From Candidatus Poribacteria bacterium (lineage in GTDB: Bacteria > Poribacteria > WGA-4E > WGA-3G): a stretch of DNA of 64,000 nt. Each line of letters opens with the position of its first letter. Position 1 is the stretch's first letter. Under the pieces are notes generated by a model that was given only the letters and a program-made list of their open reading frames with translations, did not search any database and was not told the DNA's origin. Below, in pieces: positions 19,945 through 30,205 of this stretch. The stretch lies in NCBI GenBank assembly GCA_965214095.1, contig OZ243938.1, positions 1,760,001 to 1,824,000 of the forward strand, read 5' to 3'. The translations under genes were made by a program, and so were the position numbers.

Positions 19945-20139
19945 TTTGTATCAACACGAGTAGTTGTGAACTCTCCTACCGTGAAAGTATAGAAGTAGAC
20001 ACCACTTGCGACTTCACCGAGTGCGTTCTTTCCATCCCAAAACGCAGCAGGTTAATGGGATTTATAGGTACCCACTTCCTGATGCCTAAATCCAAGTTTC
20101 GCACGAGTCGTCCATCGACATTATAGATATACTGACATT
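19945..20139 (-). pseudogene. degraded T9SS-A-like CTD fragment
   Basis: Reverse strand reads, with frameshifts and a stop, IYNVDGRLVRNLDLG/HQEVGTYKSH*PAAFWDGKNALGEVASGVYFYTFTVGEFTTTR. Confidence 0.8.
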
Positions 20140-20217
20140 GTGTCGATCCCCTATCATATAAACTATATCCGCAAGTAAGAGTAGGAGGTCGCCAAGCCAG
20201 TTGATATGCACGTCTTA

Positions 20218-20515
20218 TTAATCCGAGAATGTAATGTGAGTATATATATCTTGCAGTGGTAATTCACATTCAATGGAATTGAACTTCAGGACATCTTCTG
20301 GTGCTTCAAATGTCTTTCCTACCCACTGCGTTTCAACCAGACGATGGTGTTCAACACGTACCCTGTCTTGGGATACAAGGATATACTCACGCAAGGACAT
20401 AAGTTCCTGATAATGTGCGAACTTTTCGCCTCGGTCAAACGCTTCGGTTGATGGCGATAACACCTCTACGATAAGGATGGGATTCAAGAGGGTGTCAAAA
20501 ACATTATTATATTTT
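20218..20515 (-). pseudogene. C-terminal half of a Uma2-family (PD-(D/E)xK) endonuclease
   Basis: NVFDTLLNPILIVEVLSPSTEAFDRGEKFAHYQ..LREYILVSQ; N-terminal half absent. Confidence 0.8.
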
Positions 20516-20947
20516 AAAGTGATCTTGGAATAACACTAATCGGCAAATAACCGAAATCCTATTATCCTTCTTTCTTTGAGAGTTTTAACCAAATAATGAT
20601 ATTTCCAAACAGTCAAAAAGTTAAACCCTTTAGTGGCAGTGTTCTCAAACATAAGAACTTCGCCATATCATTAGTTAGTTAAATCCCTCCTTTTTTAGTG
20701 CAAGGGTTTAATATCTCACCGCAAGCCGTTTAGAGTTTTCTATTTAAACCCAAGTTACCACTACAATATACCATCTACATAGAAATGTCAGAAAAGCGAT
20801 GTTCACAGTGCTTATATGTCGCTCCGATTGGATCGGAAAAAAGATAACATACCGCTCCGCCAATCAACGGGACCGATGTCTTAATGACATTCCCCGGAGC
20901 GAAGATTAAACACGCTAATTGGATAGATTTTTTTGGAATTTCAATCA

Positions 20948-20990
20948 AATCACCCGCAGAATACGCGTATGGTATTTTGCGGGTGATTTG
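20948..20990. repeat. palindrome with core CAGAATACGCGTRTGGTATTYTG (second copy ~52590-52613)
   Basis: AAATCACCCGCAGAATAC-gcgtatg-GTATTTTGCGGGTGATTT. Confidence 0.65.
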
Positions 20991-21198
20991 GGTTAACCTA
21001 ACTGAGGAGTGTGCATAAATAATCCCGATTTAAATACGTGATAAAAGGAAGCCTGGACACACAATATGCCGTCAGAAAGTTCAAAGACGCACAATGAATT
21101 ATGCTACTTCAAACGCCATTTCTATAAACCAAGCGGTCTCTGAAGTCTGTTGCTACCTGTGTAAATGAGTCAAATATTTATGCACATCCCTCATCTGG

Positions 21199-21975
21199 CT
21201 AACGTGTAAAGCCTGAACGTTTAATGTCTGCCCAAGTCATAGTAAGTTTACCAGAGGCGTGAACATCCGCTAGTTCAGATTCCATTACCAACTCCACATC
21301 ATTTTGACTCAGTTCACGATTATAGACGCGCACTTCGTCAATCTTGCCCTTAAACAGATATTCATGATTAGCACGTTCATTCGCACCTGCACCAACGAGA
21401 AACTCTTGTCTTGTATTGAGGCTAATCGGAGAATCCATTTCTCCAAAATGCTCCCCATTCACATAGAAGTTCATCTTCCCATTGGCAAACGTGCCAGCAA
21501 GATGGTCCCATTCACCTTCACTAACAACTGGTCCTCTGATCCACTTCCAACCTCCGCCACCTGTGATGAATATCCACGTATTACCTGGTGGCGGTTCTGC
21601 ATAAAAAATATACCCGCTGACAGGAGGTTCATCGCGAGATGATACTACAGCACGATGCCCACCACTGCCAGGTTCTACATTTGCCCATGCAGTCACTGAA
21701 AATGTTTCAAGATTCAGGTTCTCATTAAACGGAATGTTCACTTCGTCTTGCACCTGATCAAACTCCAGTGCTCCACCGAAATAACCGTCTTCCGTCCACT
21801 GCGGATCGCCCATCAATTGACCATCATGTCCGTTACCTGTTAAATCTTCCGCCGTTTCACCATTACCTTCATTGAATCCCCAATACGCTACAAGCCCTTC
21901 CTCTACAGATAAGACTGGCAATGCGATGAAGATTGATGAAAAAAGTAAAGTGATTATTAAAGTTATAGTTTTCAT
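21199..21975 (-). CDS. secreted LamG/concanavalin-A-like domain protein with KLTxTWxxIK tail
   Basis: GLVAYWGFNEG, WDHLAGTF, FKGKIDEVRVYNREL; ends GKLTMTWADIKRS; start MKTITL after RBS AAGGGA. Confidence 0.88.
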   Translation of the reverse strand: MKTITLIITLLFSSIFIALPVLSVEEGLVAYWGFNEGNGETAEDLTGNGHDGQLMGDPQWTEDGYFGGALEFDQVQDEVNIPFNENLNLETFSVTAWANVEPGSGGHRAVVSSRDEPPVSGYIFYAEPPPGNTWIFITGGGGWKWIRGPVVSEGEWDHLAGTFANGKMNFYVNGEHFGEMDSPISLNTRQEFLVGAGANERANHEYLFKGKIDEVRVYNRELSQNDVELVMESELADVHASGKLTMTWADIKRSGFTR

Positions 21976-22030
21976 TTGTATTCCCTTATTCATTTTAAAT
22001 TTTGACAGGGCATACTTGTATGTTACAACA

Positions 22031-22108
22031 GACATTATAACATACAAGTTATATTTAGACTAATATTTTTTAATTATTATTATAACTAATATAAAGACGA
22101 ATATAACT
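22031..22108 (-). promoter_or_regulatory. 78-bp AT-rich promoter module, copy 2
   Basis: Inverted near-identical copy of 17691-17768, upstream of the LamG gene. Confidence 0.7.
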
Positions 22109-22407
22109 TATATTTATCAAAAACTGTCATAAATCAATAGTTATCAAGGTTCTTTTGGGTTTAGTTCATGAAAATGCGTCATGATTTCAAGTGCCATGTC
22201 CTTGTTTTGAAACAAGCCAACAATATCGCCAATCTTGATCGTGATGCCTAATATGTTCTGACCCCAAGTGGTGTTATTATGTTTTTTTGACCACCAGTTT
22301 GAGCAGTCCGACATTGTTTTTCCATACCGATCTACATTATTGTCATCTACACTAAGAGTACTACGCCAACTTTCGCAAGTTGTATTCGCACTGCCGCCAT
22401 ATTGACA

Positions 22408-22469
22408 GTCGGGAATCGGAGTTCCTTCCTACAATTCACAAAGTCAAGTTACTTGTAAAATCCACTATA
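22408..22469. repeat. REP core C + right shell arm ending ACTATA
   Basis: GTCGGGAATCGGAGTTCCTTCCTACAATTCACA; direct copy at 23769-23817, inverted core at 40867. Confidence 0.75.
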
Positions 22470-22640
22470 GTTATGATAAGTCAAATTATAGTATATGTCA
22501 AACTAAAATTATATAAAGTCTATATGCAACTGTAAACAAAATATAAGAAACTATCGTTGCATACACCAATGAACGGTTGATAGGGTTTGAAACCTTGCCA
22601 ATATACACAAAAGTTAGTCTAATTCCTAAGGAGCACACTC

Positions 22641-23123
22641 ATGAAACACTATTTTGGAATCCTCATAGCAATCACTTTCGTATTGATAGCTGGTATTATC
22701 GGATGTTCAGATACCGAGAATCCAGTCGTTGCTGGAACAAGTGACGAAGAATCGACGGTCCAACTTGCTCTTACTGATACTTACGACAGCGTTCGAAACG
22801 GCGCACATCTGATTATGTCTTATGATGCAGCGACCAATTCTTTTAGAGGCACTGTTGAAAATACTACCGGTGCGATTTTATCCCAGGTTCGTGTTGAAAT
22901 ACACCTATCAAACGGGATTGAACTTGGTCCGACATCACCAGTTGACCTCGCGCCTGGTGCTCAAATACCGGTTGAACTTATGGCAGAAGGACCGTCCTTT
23001 GACAAATGGACAGCTCACCCCGAAGTCGGCGTTAGTAGTGCTGAAAGCGGCAGTGAAGGTAGTGGCGAAGCCGGTGGCGGTGAGAGCGGTGGCGAACACG
23101 GTCAAGGTAGCGGTCATAATTGA
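22641..23123 (+). CDS. lipoprotein, small Ig/FxLYD-like domain, Gly/Glu/His-rich tail (paralogue 1)
   Basis: RBS AAGGAG, lipobox IIGC, GTVENTTG..LSQVRVEIHL..LAPG. Confidence 0.8.
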   Translation: MKHYFGILIAITFVLIAGIIGCSDTENPVVAGTSDEESTVQLALTDTYDSVRNGAHLIMSYDAATNSFRGTVENTTGAILSQVRVEIHLSNGIELGPTSPVDLAPGAQIPVELMAEGPSFDKWTAHPEVGVSSAESGSEGSGEAGGGESGGEHGQGSGHN

Positions 23124-23254
23124 TAACAGTATAGTCGGAACACCTCTTTAAGCAGGTAATACCAATAGCTGCTTTTCTATAGAGGCAAACATTAACGAAT
23201 GTGCTTTATTTTACATTCACTTATACAATTCATTTTTTTAGAAGGAGTATTCTC

Positions 23255-23755
23255 ATGAAATTCAATTTTGGAACACCCATCCTATTAGTTGTTATGTTGA
23301 TGGTAGCGACTATAGGTTGTGATAGGGCGACGCAACGGACAATACCTACTATGCCAGCAGATGACGAAGAGTCAACAGTCCAACTTGCTCTTACCGATAC
23401 TTACGACAGCGTCCGAAACGGTGCACATCTGATTATGTCTTATGATACATCAACCAATTCCTTTAGAGGCACTGTTGAAAATACTACCGGTGCGATTTTA
23501 TCCCAGGTTCGTGTTGAAATACACCTATCAAACGGGATTGAACTTGGTCCGACACCGCCAGTTGACCTTTTACCCGGTGAAACACGCCCCATCGTGCTTC
23601 AAGCGATGGGACCACCTTTTGATATGTGGACAGCGCATCCTGAAGTCGGTCCAAGTACCGGGGGTGGCAGTGAAGACGATATGGAATCTGGTGGCGGAGA
23701 AGGTGGAAGTGAACACGGACAAGGCGGAGAAGGTGCTGAAGTCGGCGGTAATTAA
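23255..23755 (+). CDS. lipoprotein, paralogue 2
   Basis: RBS AAGGAG before ATG 23255, lipobox TIGC, core nearly identical to paralogue 1. Confidence 0.8.
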   Translation: MKFNFGTPILLVVMLMVATIGCDRATQRTIPTMPADDEESTVQLALTDTYDSVRNGAHLIMSYDTSTNSFRGTVENTTGAILSQVRVEIHLSNGIELGPTPPVDLLPGETRPIVLQAMGPPFDMWTAHPEVGPSTGGGSEDDMESGGGEGGSEHGQGGEGAEVGGN

Positions 23756-23768
23756 ACCGGGTACTTCA

Positions 23769-23817
23769 GTTCGTGAATCGGAGTTCCCTCCTACAATTCA
23801 CAATGTCAACGACTTGT
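23769..23817. repeat. REP core C copy
   Basis: GAATCGGAGTTCCCTCCTACAATTCACAATGTCAA, direct repeat of 22408. Confidence 0.75.
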
Positions 23818-24005
23818 GCCAGTTGCTTATTTTTATGTAATGTTCTATTTCACATATTTATGAATTTGTGCTTTTATCTTTACTTTAATCCATCCTTATG
23901 CTTTTCTTTATAGCATATTCTTTACATTAAAGGAAGCATAAGGATGGATTTACAGAATACATTAGAAAAGCATGGAATGCAACTAAAAAACAAACCTCGC
24001 ACTCT

Positions 24006-24281
24006 ATGAAACGTAGTCTTAGTCGTCCGAAATATCACCGCAACACTTTACAATACCTACTTCCCGGTAGTTGAGGAACTTTGTCCAGGACCAAAAAGTC
24101 GTTGTCCTGATAGCGATATTATTTGTATTTCCTGGTTATTGATTGTGCTGTCTCAGGACGTGTCCAATTCTTGGTATCAACTGACAATGATCTTATAGAT
24201 GATACTGCACTCAAAAAGGCTCTGTTTGAATTTGGAGTTGAGATTGTTGATCCACCAAATTTCCTAAACAAAATAGAATAG
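24006..24281 (+). pseudogene. PIN-domain toxin remnant
   Basis: Fragments SLSRPKY and VIDCAVSGRVQFLVSTDNDL...GVEIVDPPNFL* resemble the PIN_3-type A..G.ADYLVTGD.DL end; stops and frameshifts between them. Confidence 0.6.
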
Positions 24282-24316
24282 TGTAGTGTAATCTTTTCCT
24301 AATCTACCTCATAATG

Positions 24317-24459
24317 TTATACCATTTCTAGTAGAGAATATCTCATTATAAGAGTATGAATTCTAACTTAAAATAGAGAATATAAGAGGCGCAATGAATT
24401 GCGCGACTACGAACGGTTCCTTTCTTAATGAGAAGTTATTTTTCAGAAATGGTATTATA
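24317..24459. repeat. ATACCATTTCT...AGAAATGGTAT shell with REP core B
   Basis: Inverted arms ATACCATTTCT..TCTCATTA / TAATGAGA..AGAAATGGTAT around the core at 24389-24410. Confidence 0.75.
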
Positions 24460-24499
24460 CCACCAGTATTTCCTATTCAAAATGAAGAATATATTTCGT

Positions 24500-25345
24500 A
24501 TGAAACAGTATTTCCTTTTACTTCCAATCCTCGTTCTCTTCCTAAGTTGTTCACCACAACCGATAGAGATTCCTGATCCGAATTTAGCCGCAGCAATAAG
24601 AGATGCACTCGGTTTAGAACCAAGTGAACCGATCCTGCAAAAGGATCTGGATACGTTAACATCTCTGACAGCATCAGATGCTGGAATTACAGAATTAAAA
24701 GGTATTGAACAGGCAGGAAATTTAGTGAGTTTGCAATTGGACAGGAATCAGATTACAGACATCACCGCGCTAACAGAATTAGTCCAGCTCAAAGAACTCA
24801 ATCTCAGAATGAACCAAATCGCAGACGTGACACCGCTGCAAGGTTTAACACAACTGATAGAACTCTCAATATCAAATAGTCAAATAAGCGATATATCACC
24901 GCTAAAAAACCTGAAAAACCTGACGAAACTCTCAATATCAAATAGTCAAGTAAGCGATATATCACCACTCGCTGAATTAACACAACTCAAAGACCTATCA
25001 CTTTCATATAGTAGAATCAGCGATATTACTCCTCTTAAAAACTTAACGCAATTGAGGGTTTTACGGCTTGTTTCTAACCAAATTAGCGACATCACGCCAC
25101 TTGAAAATTTGACGTATCTCACCGATTTATGGCTTGTATCTAATCGGATTCGCGATATTTCACCTATCAGATTCATACCGCAACTTCGCAGTCTATTGGT
25201 TTCATTCAATCAAATCCAAGATATCAGCATAGTTGAGAAAATGACAAGTTTGAAGGATTTAGGGATTAAGGGTAATCCTATTCAAGACAAGACTCCAGTT
25301 TATCGGCTTCAAAAGAAAGTTCCAAATTTGAAGTTGAATATGTAA
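24500..25345 (+). CDS. internalin-like LRR lipoprotein
   Basis: MKQYFLLLPILVLFLSC lipobox, IPDPNLAAAIR cap, ~9 22-aa LRRs. Confidence 0.88.
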   Translation: MKQYFLLLPILVLFLSCSPQPIEIPDPNLAAAIRDALGLEPSEPILQKDLDTLTSLTASDAGITELKGIEQAGNLVSLQLDRNQITDITALTELVQLKELNLRMNQIADVTPLQGLTQLIELSISNSQISDISPLKNLKNLTKLSISNSQVSDISPLAELTQLKDLSLSYSRISDITPLKNLTQLRVLRLVSNQISDITPLENLTYLTDLWLVSNRIRDISPIRFIPQLRSLLVSFNQIQDISIVEKMTSLKDLGIKGNPIQDKTPVYRLQKKVPNLKLNM

Positions 25346-25358
25346 AAAGTTCTAATAC

Positions 25359-28019
25359 TCACATAGAAACTCCTAACAAACCGCGCGTCAACTGAAAATC
25401 TGTATTCCCTTTACCGTGTAACTTTGGGGTATAGTTCCGTGAAGCTACCTCAATAACCAACGATAATAATTCATCAACATCAACAGAAGTCAAATCCACA
25501 TCTTCTCCATACCGATTCTGTGTTGCCGAATCGGTCGTAACTTGAATTAGGGGGACCATCACATGTGATTGTAACGGAGCTCCAACGATATGTGCTAACG
25601 CAAGTTCAACACCCGTTGCTCCTAAACCTGTGAGAGTTTCCGTAGGTTGATCTGTGGGTGTCTCCATAATATGAAAACCTTTCTTTTCCACCTTCTGTCC
25701 ATAGGCTAACGATGGGGATGAAGACAAGGATTCTGTCAAGAATGTCGCGTTAGCAGGTACAACAACTGTTCCACCCGCATTGATGATTACTTCTGTCAGT
25801 TGCATCATTGATTGTGAAACAGATTTAGTCACCTCACCGACCGATGTTACTGTTACACAAAGGTGTTCTAATCCAGCATCAGCAATTGGTATAGAAGGTT
25901 TATCAGAAAGTTCATCTACGAACCAATTGTGCACCTTTTCAATTACTGCATCAATACCTCCGTCCATTTGCACACTTGCCCATCCATAACCTTCAGGCGA
26001 TATACCCAGTTTTTGAATTTCATGCCAAACGTGGTCGTTATGTGTCTTTTCACAGCCGTGCTCCAAAAGCAAACCGAGTGCAACCGTAGGATGCGTGAGA
26101 TGACCAATCATGGTGCGCGTGTGAATCTCCTCTGTGCGTCCACTTGAAACACCACATCCTTCTGTATGTGCAAGTGCTACAAATCGTGAGATACCTTGAT
26201 CACTTCCGATGCCTTGTTCATTGCATCTGTGTGCAATCATTTGCGCAATCTGACCTGAACAGAGGCTAGTCGGTAAGATGAGACCGAGTTGATCGCTGCG
26301 GTATCCATCTTGTGTTTGAAAAGCACGGAATGTGTAATCATCAGTAGATATATCAGTTGAGGAGATCGGTATTGGTTCACCTGATTTCATCTCGGATGCC
26401 TCAAGATAAGGTGTTAAATCCGTGGGGGCAGTCTGTTTCCAATCACGCCAGAGTGAAACTTGTGAATGTCCTGCTCTTTCTCCTACCGACAACTCACCCG
26501 ATGCAACACCGATAGTTTGATTAAGCATCTGTTCACCAAGTTGCTCCATCGGTGTGCCATCAAGATATGCTCCCGCGTTGACATCCATATCCTTCTCAAG
26601 CATCTCATACCGTGCAGTCGTCGTTACAATCTTTATTGTTGGGACAAAAGGGAAATTAGTAATGGAACCGTTGCCAGTAACAAAGAATATCATGTTGGAA
26701 CCGGATGCTACCTGTCCAGCAATGCTCTCCAAATCGTTGCCCGGACTGTCCATGAAGTAGTAACCTGATTTGTCCATCAATTCGCTGTAATCAATAATAT
26801 AATCAAGACAGACATCAGGATCTCGTTTCATCGCCGCACCGATTGATTTAATTGCAATGTTGTAAAGTCCTCTGAAATTGTTACCCCCGGATGGGTTCCC
26901 TTCTGCGGAATGTCCGTGCCATCCGACACGTTCCTTAAATCGTTCAACGGTATTGAGAAATTTGCGTGCTGTCGGCAGATCGCGTACGTTCTGAAGTAGA
27001 TATGCTTCTGCACCGATAAGTTCATCTGTTTCTGCAAGATTTGCGCATCCACCGTAACGGATTACCTCTTTCGCAACATAAGCAGCCAATGGGTTGCCGG
27101 ATACACCTGAAAATGCATCTGACCCTCCACACTGTAATGCTATTTTGAGGTTCTCCAAGGACTCTTCAGTCCGTGAGAATCGATTTACGGTATTTAACCA
27201 TCCGTTGATAATTTCAGATCCTTTTGCTATGTTCAAATCGAAACTACCTTGTAAGCGAAAGAAATTGTGAACGACATGGTCTAAATCGTACCCCTCGCGC
27301 ACCATATATTCTTTAAGCGTGTGGTTATTGACAACTTCAGTGCCGTAATCAATAAGCATGATTGCCCCAATATTTGGATGCACTGTGAAACCTGCCAATG
27401 TCCGAAGCAGCAAGTCAATGTTATTTGGTGTTTTTTCTTCTCCACCTTCAGTGTGTGTCACCGAAACAATACCATTTATGTTCGTATATTTATCTGCACT
27501 TGATGAACACTGGTCAGCGAGTTTCTTTGCAAAACCAGATGTGCGTGCTGTTGTCCCCATAACGACAATATAATTCCGTGTGCCAACACCACGACGAAAT
27601 GAACGTCTATAACCAAGAAATGAACGATCTTCTGAATGGTGTTCAACTTGTCTGCCCGGTCTCAATGCTTTTTCATCAAGGATAAAAGGTTTGATCGTGT
27701 CAATGAAGTTCGGAGTGTTCGGCAACTCAAAATCCAGATTCCTGATTGACAACGAATCTATCATCTTCTGATTGCATACATAATCGCCACGGGCAATTGA
27801 GCGGGAAGCGTATCCGAAAGGTAATCCCCAGGATAATAACGGCTCACCTTCTTCTATTGATTGGATGGCGAATCGGTGTCCTTCCAAGACGGCATGTGAT
27901 AATGAAAACTGCTCATCATCGTACTGAATCTGTGTTCCGACATCTAATTTCTGAGTAGCAATAGCAACGTTGTCATCTGGTGCAGGTAACCTCGCAACAC
28001 TTAGAAAATTATGTGTCAT
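25359..28019 (-). CDS. UxaA/GarD-family sugar-acid dehydratase with SAF domain and extra partial UxaA-like domain
   Basis: DNVAIA SAF start, GVGTRNYI, HTEGG, QCGGSDAFSG..NP, FMDSPGND, TGNG; second PTSLCS..HTEGCG..GCE module. Confidence 0.85.
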   Translation of the reverse strand: MTHNFLSVARLPAPDDNVAIATQKLDVGTQIQYDDEQFSLSHAVLEGHRFAIQSIEEGEPLLSWGLPFGYASRSIARGDYVCNQKMIDSLSIRNLDFELPNTPNFIDTIKPFILDEKALRPGRQVEHHSEDRSFLGYRRSFRRGVGTRNYIVVMGTTARTSGFAKKLADQCSSSADKYTNINGIVSVTHTEGGEEKTPNNIDLLLRTLAGFTVHPNIGAIMLIDYGTEVVNNHTLKEYMVREGYDLDHVVHNFFRLQGSFDLNIAKGSEIINGWLNTVNRFSRTEESLENLKIALQCGGSDAFSGVSGNPLAAYVAKEVIRYGGCANLAETDELIGAEAYLLQNVRDLPTARKFLNTVERFKERVGWHGHSAEGNPSGGNNFRGLYNIAIKSIGAAMKRDPDVCLDYIIDYSELMDKSGYYFMDSPGNDLESIAGQVASGSNMIFFVTGNGSITNFPFVPTIKIVTTTARYEMLEKDMDVNAGAYLDGTPMEQLGEQMLNQTIGVASGELSVGERAGHSQVSLWRDWKQTAPTDLTPYLEASEMKSGEPIPISSTDISTDDYTFRAFQTQDGYRSDQLGLILPTSLCSGQIAQMIAHRCNEQGIGSDQGISRFVALAHTEGCGVSSGRTEEIHTRTMIGHLTHPTVALGLLLEHGCEKTHNDHVWHEIQKLGISPEGYGWASVQMDGGIDAVIEKVHNWFVDELSDKPSIPIADAGLEHLCVTVTSVGEVTKSVSQSMMQLTEVIINAGGTVVVPANATFLTESLSSSPSLAYGQKVEKKGFHIMETPTDQPTETLTGLGATGVELALAHIVGAPLQSHVMVPLIQVTTDSATQNRYGEDVDLTSVDVDELLSLVIEVASRNYTPKLHGKGNTDFQLTRGLLGVSM

Positions 28020-28035
28020 AGTACCTCCTTGCCTG

Positions 28036-28605
28036 CTATTTACGATAGATACTTACCTCAATAGCATCTTTTTTAACCCACGGCAGATTGATGTCAAACC
28101 AATGTGTTTCAGATTCAAAGTTTGTGCGGACGTGTTCAAGATAATCTGCCATAGCATCTGCTCCGATACCAACGTTGTCAGCTAATACAGTTGCCGGGTT
28201 TGTCAATTGTGGTTCAATTGCTTTAAAACATGGATAGTAATTATCAAAGTTATTATCAAGAAGCAGAAAATCTACAGGTTCATTTATATTTTTCAGTGCC
28301 TCTTGTGCATCACCAATACGAGAATCAACGAGCTCAGAAACGCCAGCACTTTCAAAATTCGCTCGGGCTTGTTTTGCGCGGTTCGTATCTATTTCAAGTG
28401 TTATCAAACGTCCAGAACCTATTTCTTTCAAAACGCGTAACATCCAGAGACCAGAATATCCTATTGCAGTGCCACATTCAACGATGAGGGAAGGTTTTGC
28501 CTTCTCCACCCATCCAGCAATAAATTTTGCTTTTTCAGGACCCAACATCGGAATCCTTTCTTCTCTACACTGTTCTTCAACCTTTTGTAATACTTGTTCA
28601 AACAT
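28036..28605 (-). CDS. class I SAM-dependent O-methyltransferase
   Basis: IVECGTAIGYSGLWM, IGDA, LADNV; RBS AAGGAGG before ATG 28605 (the longer called ORF runs through a repeat element). Confidence 0.88.
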   Translation of the reverse strand: MFEQVLQKVEEQCREERIPMLGPEKAKFIAGWVEKAKPSLIVECGTAIGYSGLWMLRVLKEIGSGRLITLEIDTNRAKQARANFESAGVSELVDSRIGDAQEALKNINEPVDFLLLDNNFDNYYPCFKAIEPQLTNPATVLADNVGIGADAMADYLEHVRTNFESETHWFDINLPWVKKDAIEVSIYRK

Positions 28606-28620
28606 ATAGTCCTCCTTATA

Positions 28621-28723
28621 TATAGTAGATTTTGAAATTACTTGAACACTCTGCATCGGCGAGGTTAGGAAACCTCGCCTACCGTGGGGCGAAAGTGTCA
28701 ACTTATATTTATAATTCACTATA
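28621..28723 (+). repeat. 103-bp TATAGT-shell/REP core A element (reference copy)
   Basis: TATAGTAGATTTTGAAATTACTTGAACACT...GGCGAGGTTAGGAAACCTCGCC-TAC...AGTGTCAACTTATATTTATAATTCACTATA. Confidence 0.92.
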
Positions 28724-28984
28724 ACAGCATCACATCCATTTGGATTTGACACCAATAAAATCAGTATGGTAACATTTTTAAGATGCTTAGTGGTATTTGA
28801 TTGTGAAATCTCCTATCAACGATATATGATAGCGTACAATGATGAGACAATCTTACACGAATTTCATGTTAGGGTCAAGTAATCAAGTTTGAATCATATT
28901 ATGGCTTAAAATTTAAGAGAAAAAATTGAAACTGAATTCGCAATTCGGTGTATATTAGATTACAAGCATCTCCGGAGGTGCCGA

Positions 28985-29593
28985 ATGCCAGAATTAGACG
29001 ATGAATTAATGCAACGTTTCCAAAAAGGCGATGAGGATGCCTTTAATTTATTAGTGCGTCGGCATCAAAAACCTTTGATCAATTTCATTGCGAGGTTCAC
29101 CGGGGATAAAGATAATGCTGAAGACTTGGCACAGGAGACTTTCATCCGGATGTTTAAAGCTGCCAACCGATACAAACCTGGACGTGCTCAGTTTAAGACT
29201 TGGATGTATTTCATCGCAAAAAATCTTTGTAAGAATGAAATTAGAAACCGAGGACGTAGAAAACGGTATCAGGTTGATAACATTGTCTCCAACGACAATT
29301 CTATGGATGGAAACAACGAAGAAATTGATCTTATTGCAAGTGCCCCTGCTGACTCTGCCTTCCAACCAGAAGTCGCTTTGGAACGCAAAGAACTTCGTAA
29401 CACAATCCAAAAAGCGATCGCAGAATTGCCAGATCAGTATAGACTTCCCTTGGTTCTGCGGGACATACAAGGACTGAGCTACGATGAAATCGGCAATATA
29501 CTTGAACTACGCAGCGGAACTACCAAATCACGTATCAATAGAGCACGACTTATGTTAAAGGACAAACTTAAATCTTATATGGAGTTAATATGA
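28985..29593 (+). CDS. ECF sigma factor (RpoE-like)
   Basis: AEDLAQETF, FKTWMYFIAKN, GLSYDEI..GTTKSRINRAR. Confidence 0.93.
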   Translation: MPELDDELMQRFQKGDEDAFNLLVRRHQKPLINFIARFTGDKDNAEDLAQETFIRMFKAANRYKPGRAQFKTWMYFIAKNLCKNEIRNRGRRKRYQVDNIVSNDNSMDGNNEEIDLIASAPADSAFQPEVALERKELRNTIQKAIAELPDQYRLPLVLRDIQGLSYDEIGNILELRSGTTKSRINRARLMLKDKLKSYMELI

Positions 29594-30153
29594 ACTGCTT
29601 ACAAACTGAGGAACACTTTTCTGCCCATTATGAAGATTCGCTTGACTATCAAACGTTACAGCAGTTTGAATCACACATAGATGAATGTCAAGGATGTGAA
29701 CAAGAGTATACGTTATTCCGCGAATCTGTCCAAGCATCACAGCAATTACCGCAGATAGAACCTTCACCCTCATTTTCGTCAACATTACAACAACGTCTTT
29801 CTGAAGAAGAACGCGAGACGTTCTCCTTTTGGCAACGGTTGCGACATAATTTTATCATACCAAAGTGGGGTTACGGTTTCGCAGTTATTTTGATATTAGC
29901 ATCTTCCGTTTCATTCCTATACTACGATGATGTATTCAATGGGAGTCCCCAATCTGATGTAAATGGTGAATTCATTAGTGCACCAGGTTCTAATTCGCAA
30001 ACGCAATTTTCTTCCGAGATTGATGATCGCTTCCTGCCGCGTAGTTTCGGAGGAATTGATTCTGCATTTACCACATCATCACAACCGATGCAGCGGAACT
30101 ATGTTTTAAAGCGCGTGAGTTATACTACTACATCAACCGCTGGCGGGTTATAG
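29590..30153 (+). CDS. zinc-finger (zf-HC2) transmembrane anti-sigma factor
   Basis: HIDECQGC HxxxCxxC motif, one TM segment, overlaps the sigma gene stop. Confidence 0.88.
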   Translation: MNCLQTEEHFSAHYEDSLDYQTLQQFESHIDECQGCEQEYTLFRESVQASQQLPQIEPSPSFSSTLQQRLSEEERETFSFWQRLRHNFIIPKWGYGFAVILILASSVSFLYYDDVFNGSPQSDVNGEFISAPGSNSQTQFSSEIDDRFLPRSFGGIDSAFTTSSQPMQRNYVLKRVSYTTTSTAGGL

Positions 30154-30205
30154 TTCTCCTTATGGAGTCCGATAAAACAAAGTTATTCAGTAAGAGGATA
30201 AATAC

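Noticed and set aside
19708-20126. Plus-strand ORFs 19708-19899 and 19890-20126
   Set aside because: No recognisable features; the second is antisense to the CTD relic.
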